Shown: positions 25,308-39,208, numbered from the stretch's first letter. The stretch is DNA of 64,000 nt from Octopus sinensis (GCF_006345805.1 NC_042999.1:104656001-104720000); one strand, 5' to 3'. Made by a program: numbers and translations. Notes: generated by a model from the letters alone, not told the origin.

Positions 25308-25760
25308 AGAAATCTGCAGTTACCCTATCCAAGTTAAAGTTCAGGTTCATACCTGTGATTATTGGGGCCCTGGGATATGTAACACACTATCTAAATAGCA
25401 ATCTTGAGAAATTAGGCTTCACAAAACCAGAAGGAGAAAGCTAATTCGAAGACTACAGATCCAATCCATCACTGGAACTGTAAAAATCTGTAAAACTTTC
25501 CAGAAGTTTATCATTTAAATATATATTAGTATGTCAAGATATGCAACTATATGCATGAGAATACATGCATAAAGTAAAACATATAAGTCTACATATATAC
25601 AAGGATACATACAAAAAAAAATGCCTGTTGCTGATGTTGGAATTCCAGTGAAGCCTTAGATCTAAGTTAGAAACCGGCTCTTTCTCTATTGGCAAGAAAT
25701 CTTGAAATAAAAGCGAACAATGACATACATACATACATACGTACGTACGTACATACATAC
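25308..25760 (+). mobile_element. R4/Dong-like (RLE) LINE 3' end, family A, (CATA)n tail
   Basis: FRFIPVIIGALGYVTHYLNSNLEKLGF, then a frameshift to RRLQIQSITGTVKICKTFQKFII*. The 3' UTR carries GGCAAGAAATCTTGAAATAAAA, then (CATA)n. Confidence 0.75.
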
Positions 25761-26948
25761 ATAATTGGATGTATATATTTATGAAGACATAAGAAACCAA
25801 AATTCCTTTTAATAAATATATCAATATATAAAATAGAGTAGTACACAACTTTCGGAAATGGTGCTTTTACAAATGCATTAGCCATACAAGATTGCAAGAT
25901 GCAGGTACAATCAGAAAATATTTAAAAGCTCATATCAAAGCAATTTATAAGCATAATAAATATGCGTATTCAAATATTTGCTCATCTCTCTCTCTCTCCC
26001 CTCTATATACATATATATGATTGTATGTGTGTGTTTTTGCATTTGTGTGTGTATATGTATGTGTGTATGGGTGTCACTTAGAAGTGCATCCGGTGGACTC
26101 TGCGTAAGAAATCTTCATGGCTCAACGGAGGGAAAGGCAGATGCAACATGCGTTGTGGAGTGCATAGAGCAAGACGAGGAAGCAACACATCTTGGTCCTC
26201 CATTGCAACCATTTCCGCCCTCATGCATTCCTCCATGCATGCATGCGTGCATCCATCCATTCAACTAGTACAATGTCCATTCCTACATGCATGGATATAC
26301 ATATTCATTTATATAAAGATATATATATATAACAAGTCACACATCTGTATATAAGTGTGTGTGTGTGTGTGTGTGTCAGTATGTGAGATGCGTATTTGTG
26401 CACATGCACAATTGTATGATATCAGAGCCATTTCTTGTATGAATACAGTCCTGGGGTGTATAAATTATTGTAATAAATGATAGTAAAGCCAAATCTGATC
26501 TCAATATAAACCTTTCATTTGTATGAGAAACAGCTGGGAAAAGACTTTACCCTCTGGCCTTAAGTAGCAGGCGTTGGTCTCACACACAAATACACACTCA
26601 CACAGACACACTCATACATATATATATGTATATGCTTAAAAGTATAAGTATATACATACACATCATACATGCATAAACACCTACAAACATACAGACATAT
26701 CTATCTATCTACAGGCATGTGTGTTCACACATTCCTCAGTAAAGGAAAGAATGTTAACACCACGTGTATTTTCATGTTAAGTTGTGCTGTTCTGTATTAC
26801 AAAATACTTGGGCGTGATGTGAGGTTTTATTTTATGTATTTATAAATAAACAACCACACGCAGACACAAACAGACACAAACACACGCACAGACACTTTTA
26901 TACATATATAAAGCGATAATTATATACATATACACACATCCATACAAA

Positions 26949-26993
<45 letters not shown>

Positions 26994-27321
26994 GATATAA
27001 AATAATATTATAGAAGTGTATACATTAAATATACATATGTGAATAAGTGTGTATAAGTATATGTAAGAGTATATATATACGTGTGTTTGTGTGTGTACGT
27101 GCGTGTGTGTGCGTGTGCGCATGTCTGTGTATTCATGAATATAAATATCTCACGTGGCGTGATTTTCGAATTACACATTATAGAATAGAATTGGATATAT
27201 ATGTCTCCCTTCCTCGCTCTAGTTCTTTCTATATAAATACATGCATACACACATGCATACATACATACATACATACTACATACATACATACATACATACA
27301 ACATACATACATACATACAAA

Positions 27322-27425
27322 CATGTTGTTGATGTTGAAATTCCAAAGAAGCCTTGGATTTAGGTTAGAAACCGGCTCTTGCTCTTATGACAAGAAATCT
27401 TGAAATAAAATTGAATAATGGCATT
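27322..27425 (+). mobile_element. 3' UTR-only copy of R4-like family A
   Basis: Matches about 25627-25725; the 5' flank is (CATA)n. Confidence 0.7.
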
Positions 27426-27436
27426 CTTACGTATAT

Positions 27437-27481
<45 letters not shown>

Positions 27482-27608
27482 AAACTTTTCTTTTAATTTT
27501 TCGAAACCGGTACTGAAATGTTCTTTATAAAATTATTTCAGCATTTTCTATCTTATTTTGTTTTTTCATATGTATCAACTCGTGTGTCCCTTTTCATTCT
27601 TATACATA

Positions 27609-27860
<252 letters not shown>

Positions 27861-27861
27861 C

Positions 27862-28018
27862 TGGCTGTGTGGTATGTAGCCTGCTTACTAACCACATGGT
27901 TCCAGGTAAGTGTCTTCTACTGTAGCCTCGGGTCGACTAAAAACTAGTGAGTGGATTTGGTAAACTCAAAGAAGCCCGTTTGTGTATTATGTATGTATGT
28001 ATGTAGTATGTATGTATG

Positions 28019-28053
<35 letters not shown>

Positions 28054-28290
28054 GTATATGTATATATCATATGTGTCTGTGGAAATGCTTGTGTGTTTGT
28101 GTTTGACCCCCACCAACATCGCTTGACACCCGATCTTGGTGTGTTTACGTCCCCGTAACGTAGCGGTTCGGCAAAAGAACCGATAAAATAAGTACTAGGC
28201 TTACAAAAAAATAAGCCCTGGAGTCTGCTTGCTTGACTAAAAGTGGTGCTCCAGCATGGTCACAGTCTAAATGACTGAAACAAATAAGGG
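27862..28290 (+). mobile_element. CORE-like SINE type C1 with internal microsatellite
   Basis: GGCTGTGTGGTA head, AAGTGTCTTCTACT core, GAGTGGATTTGGTA, tail GGTGCTCCAGCATGG..ATGACTGAAACAA. Confidence 0.8.
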
Positions 28291-29539
28291 AGTAAAAGAA
28301 TATATACACACACACACATTTATATATAAGTACATATTTTTTCCTCTTTTACTTGTTTCAGTCATCAGACTACGGTCATGCTGGGGTGCCGCCTTCATAA
28401 CACGAATCGGAAGAGCTCGGCGAGAACTGCCCTTCCATTGAAACCACGTCCGATCAGCACGACCCTAAAATATCGTTATTTGTCTACACTTTCTCTTTAT
28501 TATTGTAACTTCCCTCTCTGGTCATCAAGTTTCTTTTTATTCACGAGACAGGAAAAAATATACTGAGGAAAACACACAGGGATACATAAACAAAGAAACA
28601 GAGATAACGGGGACACGAGAGCGAGATAGAGAGAGGGAGGGAGACAGAGAGAGAGAGCGCGGGGGCAAGAGAGAGTGAGAGCGAGAGCGAAAGAAGAAGA
28701 AAGTGAGAGAGTGAGGCAGTGCTAGGGCGAGAGAGAGGGAGAGAGACAGAGACAGAGAGAAATAGGGTAATAAAACTGAAATATAATAAATTGAATAAAT
28801 ACTATACATTTTTCTTTACAATAATCGAAAAATTAAGAAAAAAATTCCGAAGCTACAGGTAATAAACTACTCAATGAGTAGGTCATTTGCTAATCAAAAT
28901 TCATAACAGAAAGAGTATAAAACACATTTCACTGTTTCCCTACCCAACACCTTAACCCTGTAAAAGTCCCCCTAAAAAAACATAAAATGCTGATTAGAAT
29001 TCAATTTCCTGGAGCTGAGTAAAATCTCTCATACATAAATCTGATTCTTCTTTTTGGTAAGTTTTTGTGACTCCTTACCTATTCCCTTGGTATTTGCATT
29101 GTCTGAAAGAATTTTATGTTCCATTAAAAGTAATCATTGTCATATTCTTTTCCCATCTCATTGTCAAATCCTTAATAATTTGTTTGCATTTGTCTGTTGT
29201 AGATATGTGTAATTCTTAGCTGTTATCAATAGGCCTAGTGGGAATAACATCTAGCGTGTCAACATTTAATGTATGTATTATGAATATATGTGTGCATGTA
29301 TGTATGTGGGTATGTATACACAAACACACATACACACATACACACACACCCATACACACACACGCACACACAGAGACACATATATATATATGCTCAGTTA
29401 TAATAAAAACAAACAATTTCACATTAATTTGGTGGCTTTCTCCATACTTTTGTGGAGTACAAATTTATTATTCTTAAACAAGAATATTATTGACATTGAC
29501 TTCGAAGATTCGATCACGTAAGCTTGACGATAGTTTAGC

Positions 29540-29840
<301 letters not shown>

Positions 29841-30092
29841 TCTTTGTGTATTTACTATGTAAAACAGTTTGCTCAATATTGGTTTTTGAAATTGTTCCAA
29901 GAATAAAAGTCTGTGGAATAGGTACGGTTTATTAGTATCACTCATGTATTACCGGTACTTATTTTACAGGTACTGGAAGCATGAAATATATTTCTAACAT
30001 AATAAGGAAAGGTAAATATCAAAACGTATTTTGTTCGCGAAGCCACACTATTTGGCAGAAGTGTATATTCGTTTAGATAGCGACCAAATCCT

Positions 30093-30100
30093 TATTATTA

Positions 30101-30186
<86 letters not shown>

Positions 30187-30211
30187 GTCATCATCACCAT
30201 CACCATCATCA

Positions 30212-30253
<42 letters not shown>

Positions 30254-30289
30254 TATTATTATTATTATTATTATCATTATTATTATATT
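30093..30289. repeat. (ATT)n/(ATC)n trinucleotide array
   Basis: Direct reading. Confidence 0.97.
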
Positions 30290-30291
30290 AA

Positions 30292-30965
30292 GACGGTGAG
30301 CTGGCAGATTCATTTGCACGCTGGACGAAATGCTTAGCGTATTTCGCCCGTCGCTACGTCCTGAGTTCAGATTCTGCCGAAGCCGACTTTGCCTTTCGTC
30401 CTTTCGAGGTCGATAAATTTAGTACTAGTGAGACATTTGGGTCGATGTAATAGATTAGTCCTCTTCTCCCCAAATTTCAGGTCTAGTGCCTTTAGCAGGA
30501 AGGATTATTATTATCATTAAGACAGTGAGCTGGCAGAATCGCTAATTCGCAGGACGAAATGCTTAGCCGTATTTCGTCACTCGCTACGTTCTGAGTGCCA
30601 ATTACGCCGAGGTCGACTTTGCCTTTCAGCCTTTCGAGGTCGATAAAATAAGTACCAGTTGAACACTGGTGTTGATATAATCGACTCATCTCCACCCACC
30701 ACCGAGCTGTCCTTGTGGGAAACATTTGAAATGATAATTATTTTTATTATCAAGACGGTAGGCTGGCAGAATCGTTAGCACGCTGGACGAAATGCTTAGT
30801 GATATTTCGTTCGTCTTCAGGTTCTGAGTTCAAATCCCACGATCGTCGACTTTACATTTCCTCCTTTCGGGGTCGATAATATATGTACCAGTTGAGTACT
30901 GGGGTCGCTGCAATCGACTTACTCCCTTCTCGAAATTTTTGGCCTTGTACCAAAATTTGAAATTA
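30292..30965 (+). mobile_element. Three head-to-tail type M SINEs
   Basis: Heads AAGAC(G/A)GT(G/A)(A/G)GCTGGCAGA at about 30291, 30519 and 30752, separated by ATT-rich tails. Confidence 0.85.
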
Positions 30966-30984
30966 CTATTTTTATTTTATTGTC

Positions 30985-31545
30985 TTTGCACAGCTTCTCA
31001 CGCTGGAGCTGTACTAAACTGGGTTTTATGCCTATTTCTTGTATCAATGTGTTCAAATATTTAGGAATGGTTCCCAATGCACTTGTAACTACTGGAATAC
31101 ATTTTACCTACACTCTCCAAAATCTCTGTAATTCTATTGCTAGGTTCTGGTCCTTAATGCTTGATATTGTGCTGCTACTGACAAACTTTCTGCCTCCTTT
31201 TTAAGCCTTCATTTCTGAAATGTAACCATGTTTCACTGTCACTATTTGCTGCAACTATCTTTGGGAATCAACCATGCAATGCCTTCTCCTGCTAGTCAGA
31301 TAATTTCTGTTATTTTTTCTGGCTTTTAGCTTCGATTGGCCTTTTGGTTTTCCTATGTCTTACTGTGACTCTAGCAGCTCTTAATAAACTTTATTCACTA
31401 TTACCTACATAGGAGTCTATTTTGTACTCTAGCTGACTCCACGCAGTCTTCTATTGATATTGACCCTCTTTCACCTTCCTTTCTAGGTAAGTATAATCTT
31501 GCTACTCCTGCCCTTGGGTGGAGTCCTCCATTCATATCAAGATTA
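30985..31545 (-). mobile_element. Internally deleted R4/Dong-like LINE fragment
   Basis: GGLHPRAGVARLYLPRKEGERGSISIEDCVE, then GLKKEAESLSVAAQYQALRT fused directly to LAIELQRFW..CIPVVTSALGTIPK. Confidence 0.75.
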
Positions 31546-31892
31546 ACAGCGCAAGACATTTCAGGTAGAGCCCAGCTAGAATTTTCGTAAGGTTGAGTAG
31601 CCCATCCCACTCAAAAGGTCCCTGAATAAGGGTTGTTTAATGATATTGAACGAAACAGCTTTGTCTCTAGAAGTGGATTATCCAAACCCCAAAGAATTCC
31701 TCTCAACACATGGCTGTGATGCTCCCCACTACTTCTGCTCGTGATCAGAAATGCACATATTGTCAGCCACTAAGGGGCATTCTGAAATGTTTAAGGTCAA
31801 GCAACTGACAAGCAAATCTGTGGTACTGGCAGAATATTTGCTGTGGCCCATCTTTTAAGCCAAGTCAAAAGAATACACACATGAACACTTCC

Positions 31893-32303
31893 ATTATTAT
31901 TATTATTATTATTATTGTTATTATCATTTTTTTTTCTTCTTTCAAATTTGCTTCCATTTCTTGCCGAGTGTCTTCCCGACTCCTAGGGCAAAGAAACTCA
32001 TAGTATTCATTGGTAGGCCATTAAACCAAACTCAATAGTTCGTTAATTTTTTTTTTTTTTTAAGTTAAATTAAAATACATGAGCAGCAACAGTTCTCACA
32101 TCGACAATGCTCTTCTCAATACGTGTGATGTACCAGTTAAGACAATCTTTTGTACTTCTTGCAGGGATGGTAAGCCAGGGATCATTCTCATATAATTTTC
32201 GGTTCCCTTCTTGATCATTCCTAGTGCTCCTACGATCACTGGTATTGTAACCGCCTTGAGATGCCACATTTTCTCAATTTCAATGAGTAGGTCTTTATAT
32301 TTT
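31893..32303 (-). mobile_element. R4/Dong-like LINE 3' end, family B, (TAA)n tail
   Basis: KYKDLLIEIEKMWHLKAVTIPVIVGALGMIKKG..LQEVQKIVLTGTSHVLRRALSM* (32303-32096). UTR with GGCAAGAAAT, (TAA)n tail, and a 5' flank of (GAA)n(AAT)n. Confidence 0.82.
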
Positions 32304-32330
32304 CTTCTTCTTCTTCTTCTTCTTCTTCTT

Positions 32331-32392
<62 letters not shown>
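32303..32392. repeat. (CTT)n(ATT)n array
   Basis: Direct reading. Confidence 0.97.
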
Positions 32393-32393
<1 letters not shown>

Positions 32394-32399
32394 AGAGTT

Positions 32400-33065
32400 A
32401 TTAATAATAGAGTGCTGGCAAAACCGTTAGCATGCCTATCAAAACGCTTGGTGGCATTTCGTCCCTCTTTACGTTCTGCGTTTAAATTCCGACGTGGTTG
32501 ACTTTACCTTTCAATCTCTCTCGATCGAGTACTAGGGTTGATAGCGGATAGCTGTCCGAATCATTAGCATGCCGGACAAATACTTAGTGTTTTGGCTCTT
32601 TACGCCTTGAGTTCAAACGTTGCCGAGGTTAACTTTGTCTTTCATCCTTTCGAGGCCAATGAAATAAAGTAGCAGTCAAGGTCGATGTAATTGATTATCC
32701 TTTCCTCATTTGCTGGCCTTGCAACAAGTGCTTAAACTTAGGTGGCGAGCTTGCACATTCTTTAGCATGCCGGGCAAACTACTTAGTGGCATTTCGTCCG
32801 TTCTTACGTTCTGAGTTCAGATTCTGGTAATGTCGACTTTCCTTTTCATCCGTTGAGCACCGGGGTCGATGTAATCAAATACCCCCTTGACCCCAAATTT
32901 TTGATCTTGTGCCTATAGTAGAAAAAAATTGTTGCTAAAGCAGCGAGCTTGTATAATCATCAGGACACCGAACAAAATGTTTAGCGGTGTTTCGACTATC
33001 TTTACGTTCTGAGTTTAAATGCCGCCAAGATCGACTTTACCTTTCATCCTTTCGGGGTCGATATA
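32400..33065 (+). mobile_element. Four degenerate head-to-tail type M SINEs
   Basis: Repeated TACGTTCTGAGTT..GACTTT..CTTTCATCC units. Confidence 0.75.
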
Positions 33066-33593
33066 ATTATGTTTTGCATAACTGAAAATTTCCAGACTAC
33101 ATATATAGAAAACAACTGAATTAAAGAAAAATAAATATGCAATATCTACCAATGAAAGTATTGTTCAACTGCCACCTCCAGTTGTGGTATTTCTAGGAAA
33201 ACTTGTAAACTTTTCCGACTCCGAACGTCATATATCATGGAAATCGATTTAATTTGCTTCCTTCTACATCACACAGTAATACAAGGTTAGAGGCACAGCA
33301 ATAAATCTGATCTCACAGTCAATTGTAATTAATGAGAACCGATGGATAAAATACAAGTGCATACCTTCTGAGTGTGTTTGAGTCAAACTCTAAGAACCGA
33401 CAGAGGGAACAATTGATTGGTTTCCAATGAATATAAACTCTACTTCATTTTACGAGTGTTCTTTTCTTCCATTTGAGTGTGCATGTGTTTGTGCGTGCGT
33501 GTGCACCCGCGAGTGTACGTGTCCGTGTGCCCAGTGTATGTGTGCTTGTGTGCGTGTGTATATGACTATGTTTATTTACGATGTCTCTCTCTC

Positions 33594-33624
<31 letters not shown>

Positions 33625-34654
33625 CTATATATATACTCATGTAAATGCTTATGTATACATATATAGGTATATACACTGATATAGATATAGTTATACATTC
33701 GTGTAAACATATGTAGAATATCTTTATCCGTATATCTATCTTTCTGTCTGTTCATCTCAAATTTACGTATGTATAATTCTTCACACTCACACTCTTTTTT
33801 CATACACCCACATACACACGCGCGCACACACACACACACATACGCGCGCGCGCACATGCACACAGACTCACACACATGTGTACGGAAACTCACATATGCA
33901 CATATATAAGATTAATGCTGCCCGTGAGCGTTTGGTTGAGTTGTTTATTTCAAGTAAATCCCTTTCTTGAAAAATGACTTCAGTAGATTTAGTAATTACT
34001 TTCGCTGTGTGTTATAGTCTGTTAGTTATAGTGTTGTGCTTGTTGCTGGTTGTGTGTCAGGGTAGGGCTAGTGACAAGTTGCATTTGTGTGGGTGTGTGG
34101 AAAATGGTGTTAAGTAGAATTCTGCTTATGTTCATAGAAAGCATTGGTGGACTGGGTATGTATGTACGGGAATGGAATGATGGTAGACAGATTTTTTTTA
34201 TTTTGTGTATGAATAAAAATTTTGCTAATATTATGTTTAGTGATGGTGGCTTCTGTTGTTATTGTTAGCAATGGTAGTGCTAGTGGTGTTGGTTGGGTGC
34301 GGTGGAGGTGGTTAGCGTTGGTAGTGGCGGTAATATTATTTACTATTGCTTAATGAATGGTTGTAGCGACTAGTGTTGTTGTTTAGCCCTAGGCTAGCTC
34401 TGATTAACCAGATCTATGATCAAAAGGACTCCAGTCGTGACTATTCTATCTTTTCATCTACAAAGAACCCAAGAACCCAAGAACACAATCATGTCCTTGT
34501 TTGAAAGCGTGAGGTTTTGATTCGAGGGATTTGTGGCTGGTGCAGTGACTTCGAAGAAGCTGTTCCTTCGTTGATGGCGTTGAGGAATGACGGCAGCTAG
34601 AGTTGGTATTGGTTAGGGATCGTGGTGCTGGTTAGCATTAATGTTACTCAGTGA

Positions 34655-35056
34655 AGGTGGCGAGCTGGCAGAAACGTTAGCACGCCGGGCGAAATGCTTA
34701 GTGGTATTCCGTCTGTCTTTACGTTCTGAGTTCAAATTACGCTGAGGTCAACTTTGCCTTTCATCCTTTTTGGGTCGATTAAATAAGTACCAGTTACGCA
34801 CTGGGGTCGATATAATCGACTTAATCCATTTGTCTGTCCTTGTTTGTCCCCTCTGTGTTTAGCCCCTTGTGTGTAGTAGAGAAATAGGTATTTCGTCTGC
34901 CGCTACGTTCTGAGTTCAAATTCCGCCGAGGTCGACTTTGCCTTTCATCCTTTCGAGGTTGATAAATTAAGTACCAGTTGCGTACTGGGGTCGATCTAAT
35001 CGACTGGTCCCCTCCCCCAAAATTTCGGGCCTTGTGCCTAGAGCAGAAAAGATTAG
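34655..35056 (+). mobile_element. Dimeric type M SINE with 13-bp TSD
   Basis: Full monomer, linker and a headless second monomer, with TGTTACTCAGTGA at 34642-34654 and 35057-35069. Confidence 0.85.
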
Positions 35057-35589
35057 TGTTACTCAGTGATGGTATTTTTAGTTGTGGTGCTGGTTAGTGA
35101 GTCTGTTCGTTAGTGGTTGCGGTTCTGGTTTATAGTGGTGGTTAGTATTGGATTGTAGTATGTGGTAGGGATGCTAGTTGGTAGTGGTAGAAATTTTAGC
35201 CAGAGGTCAATGGTTGTTGTTTTCAGTTAGTGGTTGTGGAGTTGATGACACTGGTAATGGCTAGTGCTGATAGTTACTGGTACTAATAGTGTTCGTTAGT
35301 ACCAGCTAGTTGTGTTGGTGGCGGTGTTACTTAGAGCTCATAGAGTTGGTGATAAGGGTGGCCCTAATGTTAGTGTGTATTTGGGCATATTCTGTAAATG
35401 TACTGCAGTGGTCACCTTAATTTTGTTTTAGTTTTGGAAGTTCAAAACAATATGTATAAACTATATCAAGGTCGAGCAATTGTAATTGAATGAATCCGAG
35501 TGTTTTCATTGGCTATTTTATTTTATTTACTTTGGAATATTAGGTAAATAGATTGAGGAATTAATAAAGGAAAAAAAAAGGAAAACGAC

Positions 35590-36330
35590 AGAATGCTTCA
35601 AAGAGAAGAGAAAATAGAAGAGATAGCCCGAGGGTGTGAGATAGAAAGAAAGGGAGAGTGAGAGAGAAAGAAAATGAAAGAGTGAGTGAGAGGGAGAGAA
35701 AGAGGGAGAGAGAGAAGTAGAGGGAAAGCGGGAGGGAAAGAGAGAATTAAGAAGGGAGAGGTAGAAACAGAATTGAAAAGAATGTTGGAAGCAATATATT
35801 TGAAGTGAAAAAAGATGCTGGGAAGAGATGTGATGGAGACTTTAAAAAGGGATAGACAAACAGAGAGAGTGATACACACACACAGAGGCGAGAGGGGAAG
35901 AGTAAAAAGGATGATAGAGAAGGTGGTCACAGGCTCCAGAAGAGAATGAGAGAAGATGTGTTTATGAGACAGAATGAGGGTAGACGGGAAGAGGAAATAA
36001 AATTAAAAATACATAAAAAAACCTAAAAAAGTGCAAAAAAAAAAAATAAAGACACAGGAAGAAGTATAAGAGGGGCAAATGTCTCAACAACTTTTGATGA
36101 AAGAAAGGGACAAAAAGAAAAATAGAAGCCCCTACTGCTACCCTAGTTAATAGCACGAAGAAAAGATGAATGAAAAAAAAATAAAAAGGAGATAAAGACG
36201 ATAAGAAAGAAGTTTTACAAAGGGGAAACATAAAAGGTAAACAAGGAAGAAACGGAGATAAAACAGAGGGAAAGAACTATATAGAGATATCAAGTGGGGA
36301 GGAGGAAAAGAAAAATATTAAGCAGTCCTG
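35590..36330. repeat. Purine-rich (GA/A) low-complexity tract
   Basis: Strong G+A bias on the plus strand. Confidence 0.8.
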
Positions 36331-36892
36331 AGAAAATAAAAATGAAACAAAAACAAATAAAAATGAAAACAAACACAAACAAAGCGTAATTTCATATTTA
36401 TTTCTGTTTTATATTTTGTTGCTATTTTAAAAAGTATATAAATACTAAGTCTCCTCCGCTATTATTAGTTATATTCTGTCTTGATTCTTCTACGCTTTGT
36501 ACATACGACATTTAAACTCGTCAGAGCAGAGATCAAATTTGATTTGGTAATTTTCAGTCGCAGACAAACTAAATAGATAAAAAAAACACAAATAAATGGA
36601 GACGAAATATTTCTTAAAAAGCTTAATAATGGATTAATTCTTTTGTTGAAGTTTGCTAGACACTGACCACAATTCGGACAGCTGAAAAGAAAAAGAAAAA
36701 GAAAAAGGGAAAAAAAAGGAAAAGAAGAGAAAAATTATATTCTGAGATCTTCTCATCGCAAAATTAGTTTTGCTATACCGAGCAAGTATTCATTATAATT
36801 ATCCAAACATATTTAGTCACACGTTCATACATAATACACATTAGTACACTCCAGCACACTTATTGTACACAGTTTTATTCATACACACACAT

Positions 36893-37026
<134 letters not shown>

Positions 37027-37598
37027 TTTTACAAGTTACAAAAGACACGCGTACGCACAAAAAATATACATAGTATAACAAATACAATAAATGAATTTCT
37101 GTCTATGCTGCGCATCTGTATGCTTTTATGCATGCACATGTGAATGTGCGTAGTTAACTATATATACATTAATACATCTACATTTCTATGCCAAAGACAG
37201 CAAGAACAACAGCAGCAGCAACAAGACCGACAATAATAACAACAAACTTCTAAGATGTAAAAACAAAAAAAAACAACAACAACAACAAAAAGACTGAACA
37301 AATGTGAAATCTTTACAAGACAAAACACTGCCCAGAAAAAAAAACAGCGTAAAAACGAAGTAAAAATCAAGTAGTTAAACAACGACAACAACAACAGCAA
37401 GCTAAAAGAAAACAACGCCATTAACAAGAATATTTACGAGAACAACAAAAATAAACACTAGCACAACTTATTTTGCCCATTGTTGGAATAATAACACGAT
37501 CACAGACAACGCCAAAAACAGGTTGTTAGGATTGGTTCAAAGAAGTGTTTACACCACTTATTGCTCTGTTTAGTTAAACAGCCGAGTCAAAAATCTCC

Positions 37599-37646
37599 AT
37601 GATGGCGGCATCTTACCTTCTTTTGTTGACGTCTGCTCTTGCGTTG
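37599..37646 (+). CDS. Candidate start-codon exon of a secreted or membrane protein (signal peptide MMAASYLLLLTSALAL)
   Basis: The second ATG has A at -3 and G at +4. A hydrophobic run is followed by a perfect TTG|GTAAGT donor (phase 0). Possible acceptor CTCTGTTTAG at 37573. No downstream exon identified. Confidence 0.5.
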
Positions 37647-37707
37647 GTAAGTTTTTAAGTTCTGTTTTTATAAACGTATGATTGTGTGTGTATGTATGTA
37701 CAAGCAA

Positions 37708-37777
<70 letters not shown>

Positions 37778-37921
37778 TAGGTGTGTGTGTATAAATTTAT
37801 ATATATATGTTATGTATGAGTGCCTAAATATGAAATGCATGCATATATATACATGTATTTATGTATGTATGTCTGCAAATATACGTATACACATAACGTG
37901 CACACACACGTATATGTATAA

Positions 37922-37990
<69 letters not shown>

Positions 37991-38210
37991 AATCTGTATC
38001 TCTGTCTACCTAACTATCTATCTATGATACACACCACACACTCTCATGTAATATCTTCGTTCGTTCGAGTAAACATATATACTCATATATACTCAATACT
38101 CCTTTTTGTTTGTTTACTCAAACGTATTTACCTTCATCGAAATCGATATCTGTGTTCTCCCTCTCTCTCCCTCTCTCTCCCACTCTCTCACTCACTCTCT
38201 CTCTGTCTTA

Positions 38211-38241
<31 letters not shown>

Positions 38242-38271
38242 CAGACAGACACATACATACATACATTCGTG

Positions 38272-38318
<47 letters not shown>

Positions 38319-38439
38319 GCATATATATTATACGTATATGTATATAATATCAAGTTACCTGTCTGCCTTATATGTGTATGTGTATGTATTTATGTACACA
38401 TATACAATTATCTTAATATATGCATGCTTGCATACATAT

Positions 38440-38550
38440 GTGTGTCATTATTCTGTTTTATTTCAAGATTTCTTGCCGATAGAGAAAGAGACGATTTCTA
38501 ACTGAAATCGAAGGCTCTTTCTTTGGAATTTCAACTTCAACAATATTGTT
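38440..38550 (-). mobile_element. 3' UTR-only copy of R4-like family A
   Basis: Reverse complement resembles 25627-25725. Confidence 0.65.
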
Positions 38551-39044
38551 GCATGTGTGTATATGCGCAGTATTTGGAGTCAGTGCATGTGTAGATTTTT
38601 ATGTTCTGTTTTATCTATGTATTCTCATACATACATGTATAGACATGCACATATATGCTTAAGTGATAGATTTCTGGAAAGTCTTACAGATTGTTACAGT
38701 TTCAGTTATGGCTTGAATGTACAGTCTTCGAATCAGCTGTCTCTTTTCTGAGTTTGTGAAATCTAATTTCTCACTAGTTCCGCATAGGTATTTTCTTTTT
38801 CACTGATCTGCATATATGTATGTATGAATGAATTCTTTTATTCATTTACATGTTTCAGTCCTAAGGCTGTGGCCATGTTGGGCATCGCCAGTAACAGAAA
38901 TGTTCCAACCGCCGGATGCAGAAACGGTGGATCAAACCAGAGTCCTTTAAGATCTTCAATCTAATGCTCTCCCAACTAAGCTAATGTATAATATATCATT
39001 ATATATATATATAATATATATATATTATATATATATATATATAT

Positions 39045-39205
39045 AGGGAGAGTTTTACGAAAAAAAAAAAGTTGAAGACAGGTTGTATAACGCTCAGGAA
39101 TAGAAGAAGACTTTTACGTTTCGAGCCTACGCTCTTCTACAGAAAGGGACACAGAAAAAAACAAGGAGAGAAAACAATGTGTGTAGTGGCTAACGATCAA
39201 TCATG
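39045..39205 (-). mobile_element. Short HHR-bearing element (probable solo PLE pLTR) next to (AT)n
   Basis: Homologous to 9520-9705 around the HHR and abuts (AT)n on its left. Confidence 0.55.
39111..39146 (-). ncRNA. Second copy of U6-variant minimal hammerhead motif
   Basis: Minus strand CTTT-CTGTAGA-A-GAGC(gtag)GCTC-GAAA-CGT-A-AAAG: 4-bp stem I, GUA triplet. Confidence 0.7.
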
Positions 39206-39208
39206 GCG

